NCBI GenBank assembly: GCA_963726975.1
Contig: CAVSEK010000013.1
Coordinates: 680,773 to 744,772 of the forward strand
From: an uncultured Actinomycetota bacterium
GTDB lineage: Bacteria; Actinomycetota; Actinomycetes; Mycobacteriales; SCTD01
Direction of reading: 5' to 3'
DNA: 64,000 nt
Shown: one piece after another, positions 54,180 to 64,000 of the stretch
How the letters are laid out: every line of letters begins with the position of its first letter
Position numbering within the stretch: position 1 is the stretch's first letter
The notes under the pieces: model-generated
Database searches by the model: none
Seen by the model: only the letters and a program-made list of their open reading frames with translations
Told to the model about the DNA's origin: nothing
Made by a program: the position numbers and the translations under genes

Positions 54180-55816
54180 GTGTCCGCCACCCTCGTCGCG
54201 TCCGGCCTGACCGTGGTGCGCGGGCCGGTGCTCGTGCTGTCCGAGGTCTCGCTGACCGTCGCGCCGGGCTCGCGCACCGGCGTGGTCGGGCCCAACGGCG
54301 CCGGCAAGTCGACGCTGCTGGCCGCGCTGGCCGGCGCCCTGGCCCCCGACGGCGGCACCGTCCAGCTCAGCCCGCCGACCGCCACCGTCGGGCTGCTGCC
54401 GCAGGAGCCCGACCGCCGACCCGGCGAGACGCTCAGCGACTTCCTCGCCCGCCGTACGGGCGTCGCCGCCGCGGCAGGCGGAGCTCGAGGCCGCGACGCA
54501 GGCCCTCACCGACGGCACCGACGGGCCGGACTACGACGACGCGCTGACCCGCTGGCTGGACCTCGGCGGCGCCGACCTCGAGGTGCGCGCGGAGCAGGTC
54601 TGCGACGACCTCGGCCTGCCGCCGGACCTGCTCGACGCGCGAGACCACGACGCTGTCCGGCGGCCAGGCCGCTCGGGCGTCGCTGGCCAGCGTGCTGCTC
54701 AGCCGCTACGACGTGTTCCTGCTCGACGAGCCGACCAACGACCTCGACTTCGCCGGGCTGGAGCGGCTCGAGCAGTTCGTGCTCGGGCTGCAGGCCGGGC
54801 TCGTCGTCGTCAGCCACGACCGCGAGTTCCTCGCCCGCACGGTCGACGCGGTGCTCGACATCGACGGGCCGCTGCGCACCGCCCGGCTCTACGGCGGCGG
54901 CTGGGAGTCCTACCTGCAGGAGCGCGCCCGCGCCCGCAGCCAGCACCGCGAGGCCTACGAGGAGTACGAGGACAAGCGCACCGGGCTCGTGCAGCAGGCC
55001 CAGCGCCAGCGCGAGCAGTCGGTGCGCGGCGCGCTGCGGGCCAAGCGCAAGGTCCCGGACAACGACCGGGTCGGCGCGGGCGCACAAGATCGAGGCGGCG
55101 ACGCACGCGGCCGGCCGGGTGAAGACGATCGAGGCGCAGATCGACCGGCTCGACGAGGTCGACGAGCCGCGCAAGGAGTGGCAGCTGCAGCTGCAGCATC
55201 GCGGCCGCCCCCCGCTCCGGCGAGGTCGTCGCCACGCTGCAGGGCGCGGTGGTCGAGCGCGGCGGCTTCCGGCTCGGGCCGGTCACGCTGCAGGTGTCCG
55301 CCGGCGACCGGGTGGCGCTCGTCGGCCGCAACGGCGCCGGCAAGACGACCCTGCTCGGCGCCCTGCTCGGCCGCGTCCCGCTGGCGTCGGGCAGCGCCGC
55401 GCTGGGCCCCGGCGTGCGGCGTCGGCGAGGTCGACCAGGCCCGCTCGCGCTTCACCGGGGAGCGGACCGTCGTCGAGGTCGTCGAGCAGGCGACCGGCTG
55501 GCCCGCCTCGGAGTGCCGGACGCTGCTGGCGAAGTTCGGCCTGCGGGCCGACCACACGGCCCGGCCCGCGGCCTCGCTGTCCCCGGGCGAGCGCACCCGG
55601 GCCGGCCTGGCGCTGCTGCAGGCCGTCGGCGTCAACTGCCTGGTGCTCGACGAGCCCACCAACCACCTCGACGTGCCCGCGATCGAGCAGCTGGAGGCGG
55701 CGCTGGAGGCGTACGACGGCACGCTGCTGCTCGTCACCCACGACCGCCGGCTGCTGCAGGAGGTCCGCACCACCCGCACGCTCGAGGTCGCCGACGGGCA
55801 GGTGCGCGAGCGCTGA
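54180..55816 (+). CDS. ABC-F family ATPase, frameshifted
   Basis: Two NBDs: GPNGAGKST...LLDEPTNDLD...VSHDR and GRNGAGKTT...LSPGER...LDEPTNHLD...VTHDR; no TM segments. Confidence 0.9.
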
Positions 55817-55840
55817 CGGCGCTCTGCTTCGATGCGCAGC

Positions 55841-56698
55841 GTGGGCACCCCTCTGGACGAGCTCGTCTCCCTGCTCGACCTCGAGCGCATCGAGGTCGAC
55901 ATCTTCCGCGGCCGGCAGCGCCGAGCTGTCCGGGCAGCGGGTGTTCGGCGGGCAGGTGGCCGGCCAGGCGCTCGTCGCGGCCGGCCGCACGGTGCCGCAG
56001 GACCGGCCGGTGCACAGCCTGCACGCCTACTTCCTGCGCCCCGGCGACCCGCGGATCCCGATCGTCTACGAGGTCGACCGCATCCGCGACGGGCGCAGCT
56101 TCACCACCCGCCGCGTCGTCGCGGTGCAGCACGGCAAGGCGATCTTCCACCTGTCCGCGTCGTTCCAGCTGCGCGAGGACGGCATGGAGCACGCGTCGGC
56201 GATGCCCGACGTCGCCGGGCCCGAGGGCCTGGAGACGCCTCAGCGTGCGGATGCAGCCGTACGCGGACGAGAACGACGGCTGGTACACGCGGCCGCGCCC
56301 GATCGACGTCCGCTACGTCGGCGACCCGCCGCGCATCGCGCAGGAGAAGGGCGCGCGCGAGCCGCACTCGCAGGTGTGGATGCGCGCCGACGGCACGCTG
56401 CCCGACGACCCGCTGCTGCACGTGTGCGCGGTCGCGTACGCCTCCGACATGACGCTGCTGGACTCGACGCTGCTCGCGCACGGCCGGGCCTGGGGCACCG
56501 GCGACGTGATCGGCGCCAGCCTGGACCACGCCATGTGGTTCCACCGGCCGTTCCGCGCCGACGAGTGGTGGCTCTACGACCAGGAGTCGCCCTGGACCGG
56601 CGCGAGCCGCGGGCTGGCGCGCGGCTCGATCTACACCGCGGGACGGCCAGCTGGCCGTCAGCGTGGTGCAGGAGGGCCTGCTGCGCACGCCCCGCTGA
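55841..56698 (+). CDS. tesB: Acyl-CoA thioesterase II, frameshifted
   Basis: LLDLERIE, RVFGGQVAGQAL, HSLHAYFLRPGD, RDGRSFTTRRV, YASDMTLL, ASLDHAMWFH. Confidence 0.93.
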
Positions 56699-56771
56699 GG
56701 TCCCCGACGCCGCGGCCGCGGCGCTCGGTAGCGTCCTGCGCACCAGCAGGCGGACCGAGCAGAGGACGGGC

Positions 56772-57250
56772 ATGAGCAACGGCGAGAACGCGTACGAGGC
56801 GCTGCAGGCAGCGATCGGCTCGACCGAGGGCAGCAGCGACTGGTTCGAGGTCGACCAGGCGCGCATCGACGCCTTCGCCGAGGTCACCGAGGACCGGCAG
56901 TTCATCCACGTCGACCCGCAAGCTCGCCGCGGAGCTGTCGCCCTGGGGGGTCACGATCGCCCACGGGTTCCTCACGCTGTCGCTGCTCAGCCACCTGTCG
57001 GCCTCGATCCCGCAGGACCCCGAGGCCCTCGAGGGCATCGTCATGGGCGTCAACTACGGCTTCGAGAAGGTGCGCTTCGTCGCACCCGGTGAAGGTCGGG
57101 TCGCGCATCCGCGCGACCAGCGTGCTCGCCGCCGTCGACCAGAAGGACCCCAACACCCTGCAGGTCACGCGCACGATGACGGTCGAGGTCGAGGGCGAGG
57201 GCAAGCCGGCGCTCGTCGCCGACTGGGTCACCCGGCTCGTCTACGGCTGA
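56772..57250 (+). CDS. MaoC-family (NodN-like) dehydratase, frameshifted
   Basis: SDWFEVDQARIDAFAEVTEDRQFIHVDP, TIAHGFLTLS, VNYGFEKVRF, KPALVA. Confidence 0.88.
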
Positions 57251-57296
57251 GCGCGCCGCTGCGGCTCCCCCGTGGGGCTCGCTAGGGTCGACCCGC

Positions 57297-58439
57297 GTGA
57301 GAGCCGCAGCACCCAGCCCCTCGCCCACCCCCGACATCTCCCAGACCGTGCGGGACACCGCCGGCGCCACGGCCGACCTCGTCACCACCTCGCTGCGCAT
57401 CGCGCTCGTCGTGGTGCTGGCCCTGGTCGTGCGCGCCCTGCTGCACCGCGTCATCGGACGCGTCGTCACCCGCGCCTCGTCGCGGTCGGCGGTGCCCGAA
57501 GCGCTGCGCCAGCGCTTCGGCGACGTCTCCCCCGGGCTCGCCGAGGCCCGGCGCACCCAGCGCGCCGAGACGATCGGCAGCGTCCTGCGCTCCGGGGTCT
57601 CGCTCGTCGTCTTCGGCATCGGCCTGGCGATGGTCCTGTCCGAGCTCGGCTTCGACCTCGGGCCCGTGCTGGCGTCCGCCGGCATCCTCGGCGTCGCGCT
57701 CGGCTTCGGCGCGCAGAACCTCGTCAAGGACTACCTCAACGGCATCTTCATGATCCTCGAGGACCAGTACGGCGTGGGCGACGCCATCGACGTCGGCGAG
57801 GCCTCCGGCATCGTCGAGGCCGTCGCGCTGCGCACCACCCGCCTGCGCAGCGTCGACGGCACCGTGTGGCACGTCCGCAACGGCGAGGTGCTGCGGGTGG
57901 GCAACATGAGCCAGGGCTGGTCGCGCGCGCTCATCGACGTCTCCGTCGCCTACGGCAGCGACGTGGACCACGCGCAGGGCGTCATCAAGCGCACGGCCGA
58001 CGAGGTGTGGCACGGCGAGGCCGTCGGGCGCTTCGTGCTCGAGGAGCCGGAGGTGTGGGGCGTCGAGGTCCTCGGCGCCGACGGCATCGACGTCCGCCTG
58101 GTCGTCAAGACCGCTCCGCTCGAGCAGTGGAAGGTCGCCCGTGAGCTGCGCCGGCAGCTCAAGGCGGCGTTCGACGCCGAGGGCATCGAGATCCCGTTCC
58201 CCCAGCGCTCGCTCTGGCTGCGGACCGAGCCCGACGGCGAGCGCACGCCGGTGACCGAGCCCGCGTCCCGTCCGGTGCCGAGCCCGGTCCCGACCGGCGG
58301 CGAGGCGGACGCGATGCGCGCCGACACCTCGGCCCTGGCCACGGCCGCTGCGGCGGACCCGGGCAGCACCGCCAGCACCGCCAGCACCGCCGAGACCGCC
58401 CCCCTGGACCCCGGCGACGGGCCGCGCACCCCCTCCTGA
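57297..58439 (+). CDS. Small-conductance mechanosensitive channel (MscS family)
   Basis: LASAGILGVALGFGAQNLVKD, EDQYGVGD, LRTTRLR, VRNGE, GIEIPFPQ. Confidence 0.93.
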   Translation: MRAAAPSPSPTPDISQTVRDTAGATADLVTTSLRIALVVVLALVVRALLHRVIGRVVTRASSRSAVPEALRQRFGDVSPGLAEARRTQRAETIGSVLRSGVSLVVFGIGLAMVLSELGFDLGPVLASAGILGVALGFGAQNLVKDYLNGIFMILEDQYGVGDAIDVGEASGIVEAVALRTTRLRSVDGTVWHVRNGEVLRVGNMSQGWSRALIDVSVAYGSDVDHAQGVIKRTADEVWHGEAVGRFVLEEPEVWGVEVLGADGIDVRLVVKTAPLEQWKVARELRRQLKAAFDAEGIEIPFPQRSLWLRTEPDGERTPVTEPASRPVPSPVPTGGEADAMRADTSALATAAAADPGSTASTASTAETAPLDPGDGPRTPS

Positions 58440-58462
58440 GCCCGTCCTGCGCCGGGGCAGCA

Positions 58463-58497
58463 CACAGGGGGCGCACCCCGCGGGTGCGCCCCCTGTG
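58463..58497. terminator. Bidirectional hairpin terminator
   Basis: Perfect 16-bp stem CACAGGGGGCGCACCC-CGC-GGGTGCGCCCCCTGTG between convergent genes. Confidence 0.85.
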
Positions 58498-58514
58498 CCG
58501 TGCCGGTACCGGGA

Positions 58515-60704
58515 TCAGCCGCCCGGCTGCAGCGTCCCGTTGACCTCCAGGGCGTACCCGGCGTACTGCTGGACCTGCCCGGTCGGCTCGTCGTAGGCGA
58601 CGGTCGCCACGACCAGCGGGAAGCCGCGCAGCGCCTCGAGCTGCGCCGCGCTCGCCGAGAAGGAGGTGCGCCCGTCGAAGACCTCGACGTGGGCGCGGTG
58701 CCCGGCCTTGTCCAGGCCGACGAGGCGCACGTGCCAGTTGTGCACCTCGGTCGCCCGCCACTGCGTCGGGCTCTTGAACGGCGCCAGCGACGAGCCGTCG
58801 CTGACCCGCGTGCCGCCGACCCGCACGTCGTCGACGTACCAGCCGCCGTCGTTGACGCCGCCGTCGCTGACGTAGCGGAAGCCCAGGAGCACGGTCTGGC
58901 CGGCGTACGCCGACAGGTCGAACGTCTGGGTCGCGAAGGCCGCCGCGTCGCCGTTCAGCGCCGGGCCCAGCGGGGCGTCGACGGTGTTGCCGTTCGCCAG
59001 CGGCGTGTACGTGCGGCCGCCGTCGGTGGAGACCACGGTGTAGGCGTAGTCGTAGCCCTCCTCGGCGAGGTGCCGCTCGGTGTAGGTCAGGGTCGGCGAG
59101 CCGGCCGGGACCGTCACCCTCGTGACGGCGGCGGAGTCCAGGTTGCTCTCGTTGCCGGAGAACAGCGTGGCGTTGCCGGCCCGACCCGGGGCGCTGGTCG
59201 TCGTGGTCCAGCGCAGCGGGAGCGCCGGGAGGGTCTGCGCGCCGGTGAAGGCGACCGACCGGAGCTGGTCGCCGCGCAGGAAGCCGCCACCGCTGCCGCG
59301 CAGCGCGACGTAGTCGGCGCCGTTGGGCGCCGCGCCCGGCTTCGCGTACGCCGTCGGGTTGAGCAGGTTGACCGTGGAGTTGAGCTCGCCGACGGTGACG
59401 GCCTCCTTGGTGACCGCCCCCGTGACCGTGCCGCCGGGGGTGCCGACGAAGCGGTCCACGAGGTTGGTCGTCTGGTAGTCGTGCAGCACCTGCGCGGCGC
59501 GGGTGTAGTCGCCGAACCGGTTGAGCTGCGCCTGCACGCTGTCCAGGCCCTGGCGCTTGCCGTCGCGGTGCAGGGCCGAGATGAGGTCCAGCCCGTAGTG
59601 GTCGGCGAGGTAGAGCTGGAAGGACCAGGCGTTGCCGTAGTCGGCCAGGATCTGCGCCCCGCTGCCCTCGTCGCCCCACAGCGTCAGGGAGTTCTGCGGT
59701 CCGCCGCAGTCGCGCGGGTTGGGGTTGTACGGCGTCTTCACCGTGCCGAAGCCCAGGAAGCACTGCAGGTTGCCGTCGTTGCCGGGCTGCGACACGGTCG
59801 CGCGGGCGTTGCCGTAGCCCGTGAGGGTCGTGGCGTAGTCCGACAGGCCCTCGTTGATGAAGTTGACCTCGTTGGGGTCCTGGTAGTACTCGAGCAGGTG
59901 CTGGTACTCGTGGGCGAAGGTGCCTTCGTACAGCCGCGGGCGGGCCGGCCGGCTCGAGCAGATGTCGTCCGTGGGCTCGTCGCGCGGGTCGGCCCCGGTG
60001 CGGTGCAGCCAGTCGAACGCGTCGATCGTCATGACGTTGCGGTCGACGTACTCGTTGAGCGCGGAGAAGAAGAACCCGGCGATGTAGCTGCGGTTGTTCT
60101 GGAAGTCGTAGAAGTTGGCGTCCCGGACGTTGTCGACGAGCGTGACGATCTTGTCGCCGGCACCGCCGAAGTCGCCGTCGAGGAGCGCGCCCGAGCCGTC
60201 CCGCGCCGGGGGCGTGCTGAAGGCCCGCGACTCCTTCGGGAACATGTTGGTGTCGAACTCGCGGGCCAGCGCCTTCGCCTGCGCGGTCGTCACCGTCGTC
60301 GTGCCGGGGGTGTCGTTGCGGCAGTCGCCCTCGGGGAACCGGGTGCCGCGGCTGACGTCGTCCACGTCGCTGGCGACCCAGACCTCGATCTTGTCGCCGA
60401 CGGCCTTGAGCGTGAACTGCTTGAAGTAGAGCCGGCCGTTGAAGTCGTCCAGCGCGATCCAGTCGCGCTTGGTCCCCACGGCCGGGGTCGTCCCGGCCGC
60501 GGCGCGGACCCCGGGTGCCCGGGCCGCCGAGGCCTGCAGCTCGGCGTCGGGGGTGAAGGTCTTCTTGGGGTCCAGGTGGCGGACGTCGGACGGCGTCGCG
60601 GCCGGCGCGGGTGGCGCCGCGGCCGCCGCGGCACCGGGCGCGGCCAGACCTGCGGCGGCCACCGCGGCGACGGCGCCGAGGGCGAGTGCCCTGCGAGCGT
60701 GCAT
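58515..60704 (-). CDS. Secreted zinc metalloprotease (M30/immune-inhibitor-A-like) with C-terminal beta-sandwich
   Basis: Ala-rich signal peptide; AHEYQHLL...INEGLSD gluzincin motif; EEGYDY...FRYVSDGG...GWYVDDV. Confidence 0.82.
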   Translation of the reverse strand: MHARRALALGAVAAVAAAGLAAPGAAAAAAPPAPAATPSDVRHLDPKKTFTPDAELQASAARAPGVRAAAGTTPAVGTKRDWIALDDFNGRLYFKQFTLKAVGDKIEVWVASDVDDVSRGTRFPEGDCRNDTPGTTTVTTAQAKALAREFDTNMFPKESRAFSTPPARDGSGALLDGDFGGAGDKIVTLVDNVRDANFYDFQNNRSYIAGFFFSALNEYVDRNVMTIDAFDWLHRTGADPRDEPTDDICSSRPARPRLYEGTFAHEYQHLLEYYQDPNEVNFINEGLSDYATTLTGYGNARATVSQPGNDGNLQCFLGFGTVKTPYNPNPRDCGGPQNSLTLWGDEGSGAQILADYGNAWSFQLYLADHYGLDLISALHRDGKRQGLDSVQAQLNRFGDYTRAAQVLHDYQTTNLVDRFVGTPGGTVTGAVTKEAVTVGELNSTVNLLNPTAYAKPGAAPNGADYVALRGSGGGFLRGDQLRSVAFTGAQTLPALPLRWTTTTSAPGRAGNATLFSGNESNLDSAAVTRVTVPAGSPTLTYTERHLAEEGYDYAYTVVSTDGGRTYTPLANGNTVDAPLGPALNGDAAAFATQTFDLSAYAGQTVLLGFRYVSDGGVNDGGWYVDDVRVGGTRVSDGSSLAPFKSPTQWRATEVHNWHVRLVGLDKAGHRAHVEVFDGRTSFSASAAQLEALRGFPLVVATVAYDEPTGQVQQYAGYALEVNGTLQPGG

Positions 60705-60841
60705 GGAGATCCTCTCGGGGACGGGACCGACGGCGCCTCCGTACAGACGCCGTTCAGGCACCGCTTCCTAACGCAGCACCGGGTCCGACCACGCAGGGTG
60801 AGCATGACGGTCCTGTGACACCGCGGAACGTGATCTGTCGC

Positions 60842-61966
60842 TCACTGCGCGTCGCGGACCGGCGGGCGGCGCGGGCGCGGCGGGGTGCGGTCGCGGTCGG
60901 CGTCGGCGGCCGCCCGGCGCTTGGCCTCCGCCTCGGCGCGCTTCTCCGCCGCCGGCCCGGCCACGCTCGGCCGCGAGCGGAGCGGCTCGCCCTCCATCTT
61001 GGGGAACTGCGGCGGGTAGGGCGCCTCGCCCTCGCCCTGCCGGTCGTACAGCTCGAGCAGCGGCGAGAGGTCGTGGTGCACGTCGTCGATGCCGGCGTGC
61101 ACGTCGCCGAGCCGCGCGAAGCGCTCGCGCACCGTCCAGATGTCGAAGTCCTCGATCTCGCACACCGGCACCTCGTCCCAGGTGACCGGCGCGCTCACCG
61201 TCGCGGTCGGGCGGGCCCGCACGCTGTAGGCGCTGGCGATCGTCTGGTCTCGTGCCATCCGGTTGTAGTCGAGGAAGACCCGCTCGCCGCGCTCCTCCTT
61301 CCACCAGCGCGCCGTCGCGAGCTCCGGCCGCCGCCGCTCGACCTCGCGGCCGACCGCCAGAGCGGCGTGCCGCACCTGCGTGAAGGTCCAGTCCGGCCGC
61401 ACCCGCAGGTAGACGTGCATCCCCTTGCTGCCGCTGGTCTTGGCGTACGAGACGTAGCCCAGCTCGTCGTAGAGCGCCTTGACCTCCAGCGCGACCTCCT
61501 GGACGTCCTCCCACGTCGTCCCGGGCATGGGGTCGAGGTCGATCCGCAGCTCGTCGGGGCTCTCGACGTCGCCGCGCCGCGACGGCCAGGGGTGGAAGTC
61601 CAGGCACCCCGAGTTGGCCGCCCAGGCCACGTGCGCGACGTCCACCGGGCAGAGCTCAGCGGCGCTGCGCCCGCTCGGGAACGACACCGTCACCGTCTCC
61701 AGCCACGGCGGCCGGTTGTCGGGCACCCGCTTCTGGTAGATCGCCGGCGTGTCCGCCCCGCCCGGGTGCCGCTTGAGCACGGTCGGGCGCTCGCGCAGCG
61801 CCCGCACGACGCCGTCGCCGACGGCCAGGTAGTACTCGACGAGGTCGAGCTTGCGGCCCCGGCCGTCCGGCAGCCCCGAGAAGTACGTCTTCTCGGGGTT
61901 GGTCACCTTGACCACCCGCTCGCCGGCGGGGGTGTCGACCGTCAGCTCGACGAAGGGGCTGGCCAC
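60842..61966 (-). CDS. Prim-PolC / stand-alone LigD polymerase domain (AEP primase-polymerase)
   Basis: VTNPEK, LKRHPGG, YQKR, ELRIDLDP, KTSGSKGMH, VFLDYN, AYSVR, VSAP. Confidence 0.92.
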   Translation of the reverse strand: MASPFVELTVDTPAGERVVKVTNPEKTYFSGLPDGRGRKLDLVEYYLAVGDGVVRALRERPTVLKRHPGGADTPAIYQKRVPDNRPPWLETVTVSFPSGRSAAELCPVDVAHVAWAANSGCLDFHPWPSRRGDVESPDELRIDLDPMPGTTWEDVQEVALEVKALYDELGYVSYAKTSGSKGMHVYLRVRPDWTFTQVRHAALAVGREVERRRPELATARWWKEERGERVFLDYNRMARDQTIASAYSVRARPTATVSAPVTWDEVPVCEIEDFDIWTVRERFARLGDVHAGIDDVHHDLSPLLELYDRQGEGEAPYPPQFPKMEGEPLRSRPSVAGPAAEKRAEAEAKRRAAADADRDRTPPRPRRPPVRDAQ

Positions 61967-62048
61967 GGCCGGACGCTACCGCCGCGGAATCGCCGGGCCC
62001 CGCGCGTTGCTGTGACCGGTGTGCTTCGGACGACGGAGAGGACCCGGT

Positions 62049-62465
62049 GTGGACAGCACCCGCGAGTACCCGGTGAGCAAGACCGAGGAGCAGTGGAGGG
62101 CCGAGCTCAGCCCCCAGGAGTACCAGGTGCTGCGCCAGGCGGGCACCGAGCGGCCCTTCACCGGCGAGTACAACGACACCAGGGCCGAGGGCGTCTACTC
62201 CTGCCGGGCCTGCGGGCACGAGCTCTTCCGGTCCGACACCAAGTTCGACAGCCACTGCGGCTGGCCGAGCTTCTGGGCGCCGAGCGACGGCGGCAACGTC
62301 GAGCTCCTCGAGGACCGGTCGCTGGGCATGCGCCGCGTCGAGGTGCGCTGCGCGCACTGCGGCAGCCACCTGGGGCACGTCTTCGACGACGCTCCGCAGA
62401 CACCGACCGGCGACCGCTACTGCATGAACAGCGTCAGCCTGCGGCTGGGACCGGCCACCGGCTGA
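62049..62465 (+). CDS. msrB: Peptide-methionine (R)-S-oxide reductase
   Basis: [44 protein letters not shown]. Confidence 0.96.
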   Translation: MDSTREYPVSKTEEQWRAELSPQEYQVLRQAGTERPFTGEYNDTRAEGVYSCRACGHELFRSDTKFDSHCGWPSFWAPSDGGNVELLEDRSLGMRRVEVRCAHCGSHLGHVFDDAPQTPTGDRYCMNSVSLRLGPATG

Positions 62466-62502
62466 CCCTCGACAGGTCGGCGCCGGTGCGCTTGTCTGCG
62501 GT

Positions 62503-63255
62503 GTGCCTGATCCGGGAGCGGCCCGCACCCGGCTCGGTCTCGCTCTGAGCGGAGCGCTGCTGCTGGCCGTCGGGGTCGTGGCGGTGTTCGTCTCCGACAA
62601 CGGGGCGGGGACCGCGGCGCTCGTGGCGGCCGGGTCGGCCCTGGTGGCGCTCGGCGCCTTCGGGGACCGCGTGGAGAGCATCGAGGGCGGCGGCGTCGCC
62701 CTCCGGCTCCAGCGCGAGGCGGAGTCCACGCTGCAGGCCGCCGAGGCGGCCGACGAGCAGGGCCTGCACGACGCCGCGTCGGAGCTCCGGCAGCGCGCCG
62801 GCCGGCTGGTCGAGGCAGCCCGGGCGCTCGCCTCCCGCTACGAGTCGGTCCGCGCCGAGCAGGCCTCGAGCTGGCAGCGCACCGCGGAGCTCCAGCGGCT
62901 GGTCGACCAGGCCCGGGGCATGGCCCGCGTGGCCACGAGCAGCGCCGACGTGGCGGAGCTGTTCGGCACGGGCACCGACGGCAACCGCGTGTCCGCGATC
63001 GGCATCATGCAGGCCGACGCCGGGCTGGCCGACACCGCGGCGCTCGTCGAGGCCGTCGTCCGTCCCCGCTCGGCCTTCGAGCAGTTCCACGCCCTGCGCG
63101 CCGTGGAGACCGCGGCCGCAGCAGGCCCGCCCGTCGAGCGCGCCGAGGCGCTGCGGAGCGCGGTGCTGGCCGCGCTCGAGGGCGGTCAGCTGGGTGCGCC
63201 CGACTCGGACCGGGTCCGGCTCGCCCAGCGCGTCCTCGCGATGCTGCCCGGGTGA
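62503..63255 (+). CDS. Hypothetical protein, 2 N-terminal TM helices plus helical C-terminal domain
   Basis: Open 250-aa frame with GC-typical codons; GTDGNRVSAIG, RSAFEQFHAL. Confidence 0.7.
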   Translation: MPDPGAARTRLGLALSGALLLAVGVVAVFVSDNGAGTAALVAAGSALVALGAFGDRVESIEGGGVALRLQREAESTLQAAEAADEQGLHDAASELRQRAGRLVEAARALASRYESVRAEQASSWQRTAELQRLVDQARGMARVATSSADVAELFGTGTDGNRVSAIGIMQADAGLADTAALVEAVVRPRSAFEQFHALRAVETAAAAGPPVERAEALRSAVLAALEGGQLGAPDSDRVRLAQRVLAMLPG

Positions 63256-63286
63256 GCTGCCCGGGTCGAGCTGCCCGGGTGAGCTA
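63243..63286 (+). repeat. 13/14-bp tandem repeat GCTGCCCGGGT(C)GA, 3 copies
   Basis: Directly visible between the convergent stop codons. Confidence 0.85.
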
Positions 63287-63988
63287 CGGCAGCCCGGCGA
63301 CCACGTCGGCGACGCTCTTGCGCACCCCGCTGTAGAACGGCGTCTCGAGCTTGGTGTGCAGGCGCGCCCGGCTCGTGCGCAGCGCCCGCAGGCAGTCGGT
63401 GATCCGGTGCATCTCGTCGGCCTCGAAGGCCAGCAGCCACTCGTAGTCGCCGAGCCCGAACGCCGCGACCGTGTTGGCGCGCACGTCCTCGTACTCCCGG
63501 CCCATGATCCCGTGCTCGCTGAGCATGCCCTTGCGCTCGTAGTCGGGCAGCAGGTACCACTCCAGCGAACGGTTGAAGGGGTAGACGCAGACGTACTTGC
63601 GGGGGTCCTCGCGCCGGACGTACGCCGGGATGTGGTTGCGGTTGAACTCCGCCGGCCGGTGGATCCCGACGCTGGACCAGACCGGTGCGAGGTGCCGGCC
63701 CAGGCCGGTCTGGCGGAACCGGTTGTAGGTGTCCTGGAGCACGTCGACGTCGGGGCAGGTCCACCACACGAGCAGCTCGGCGTCGCCCTTGAACCCCGCC
63801 ACGTCGTAGGTGCCGCGGGTGTAGACGTCCTTCTGCAGCGCGGCGTCGAGGAACGACTGCGCCTCCTCGGCCAGTGACGAGCGGTCCTCCGGCAGCGGCG
63901 CCGTGGCCGTGAAGACGGCGTACATCGTGTAGAGCAGCTGGTCGTTGAGCTCGCGGGCCTTGGCCGCCTCAGGCCGGGTCTCGGTCAT
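63284..63988 (-). CDS. hemQ: Coproheme decarboxylase (chlorite dismutase family)
   Basis: HRPAEFNRNHIP, VYPFNRSLEWYLL, MLSEHG, AFGLGDYEW, ETPFYSG. Confidence 0.95.
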   Translation of the reverse strand: MTETRPEAAKARELNDQLLYTMYAVFTATAPLPEDRSSLAEEAQSFLDAALQKDVYTRGTYDVAGFKGDAELLVWWTCPDVDVLQDTYNRFRQTGLGRHLAPVWSSVGIHRPAEFNRNHIPAYVRREDPRKYVCVYPFNRSLEWYLLPDYERKGMLSEHGIMGREYEDVRANTVAAFGLGDYEWLLAFEADEMHRITDCLRALRTSRARLHTKLETPFYSGVRKSVADVVAGLP

Positions 63989-64000
63989 GCCCCCATTGTG

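Noticed and set aside
54180-55816. ABC-F as an antibiotic resistance determinant
   Set aside because: Subfamily cannot be assigned by eye; no leader peptide or attenuator seen, and the gene appears leaderless
60842-61966. Full NHEJ LigD system
   Set aside because: Only the polymerase domain is present, without PE or ligase domains or Ku; fits Prim-PolC
62049-62465. MsrB as a second selenoprotein
   Set aside because: Catalytic position is TGC (RYCMNS); no in-frame TGA

Overview
High-GC actinobacterial chromosomal segment (SsgA-like gene, Gly-Cys-Val tRNA cluster, hemQ, LigC/Prim-PolC, F420-dependent LLM enzyme). No integrase, transposase, CRISPR array or rRNA was seen. Single-base frameshifts cluster in blocks (about 0-2.0, 4.6-6.6, 10.9-14.8, 17.5-20.4, 41.8-42.4, 44.9-48.7, 52.3 and 54.4-57.1 kb) and look like long-read consensus errors, so many boundaries are reconstructed by eye. 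Content in order: rskA-sigK, ssgB-like, 3 tRNAs, EAL-DICT protein, GDPD, a BkaR-like TetR with a leucine/branched-chain catabolism operon, baeRF2-treX-treY-treZ, a glycan-modification region (three GT-C enzymes, FAD oxidoreductase, DUF2064, methyltransferase, membrane Mo-oxidoreductase, GT2, epimerase), M18 aminopeptidase, a thioredoxin-fusion plus UGSC operon, LLM-F420, zapE, K+ channel, GT4/GT9, S8 protease, ligC, ABC-F, tesB, MaoC, mscS, a secreted metalloprotease, Prim-PolC, msrB and hemQ. The best finding is a hidden selenoprotein: the ORF track splits 39442-39954 (-) at an in-frame TGA that reads U-G-S-C-x-x-C and is followed after 11 nt by a SECIS-like hairpin, and the gene is translationally coupled to an uncharacterised CxxC-thioredoxin fusion. 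Three promoter classes (SigK, FliA/WhiG-type, SigF/SigB-type leaderless) can also be read from the DNA. All family assignments come from motif recognition, not database searches.
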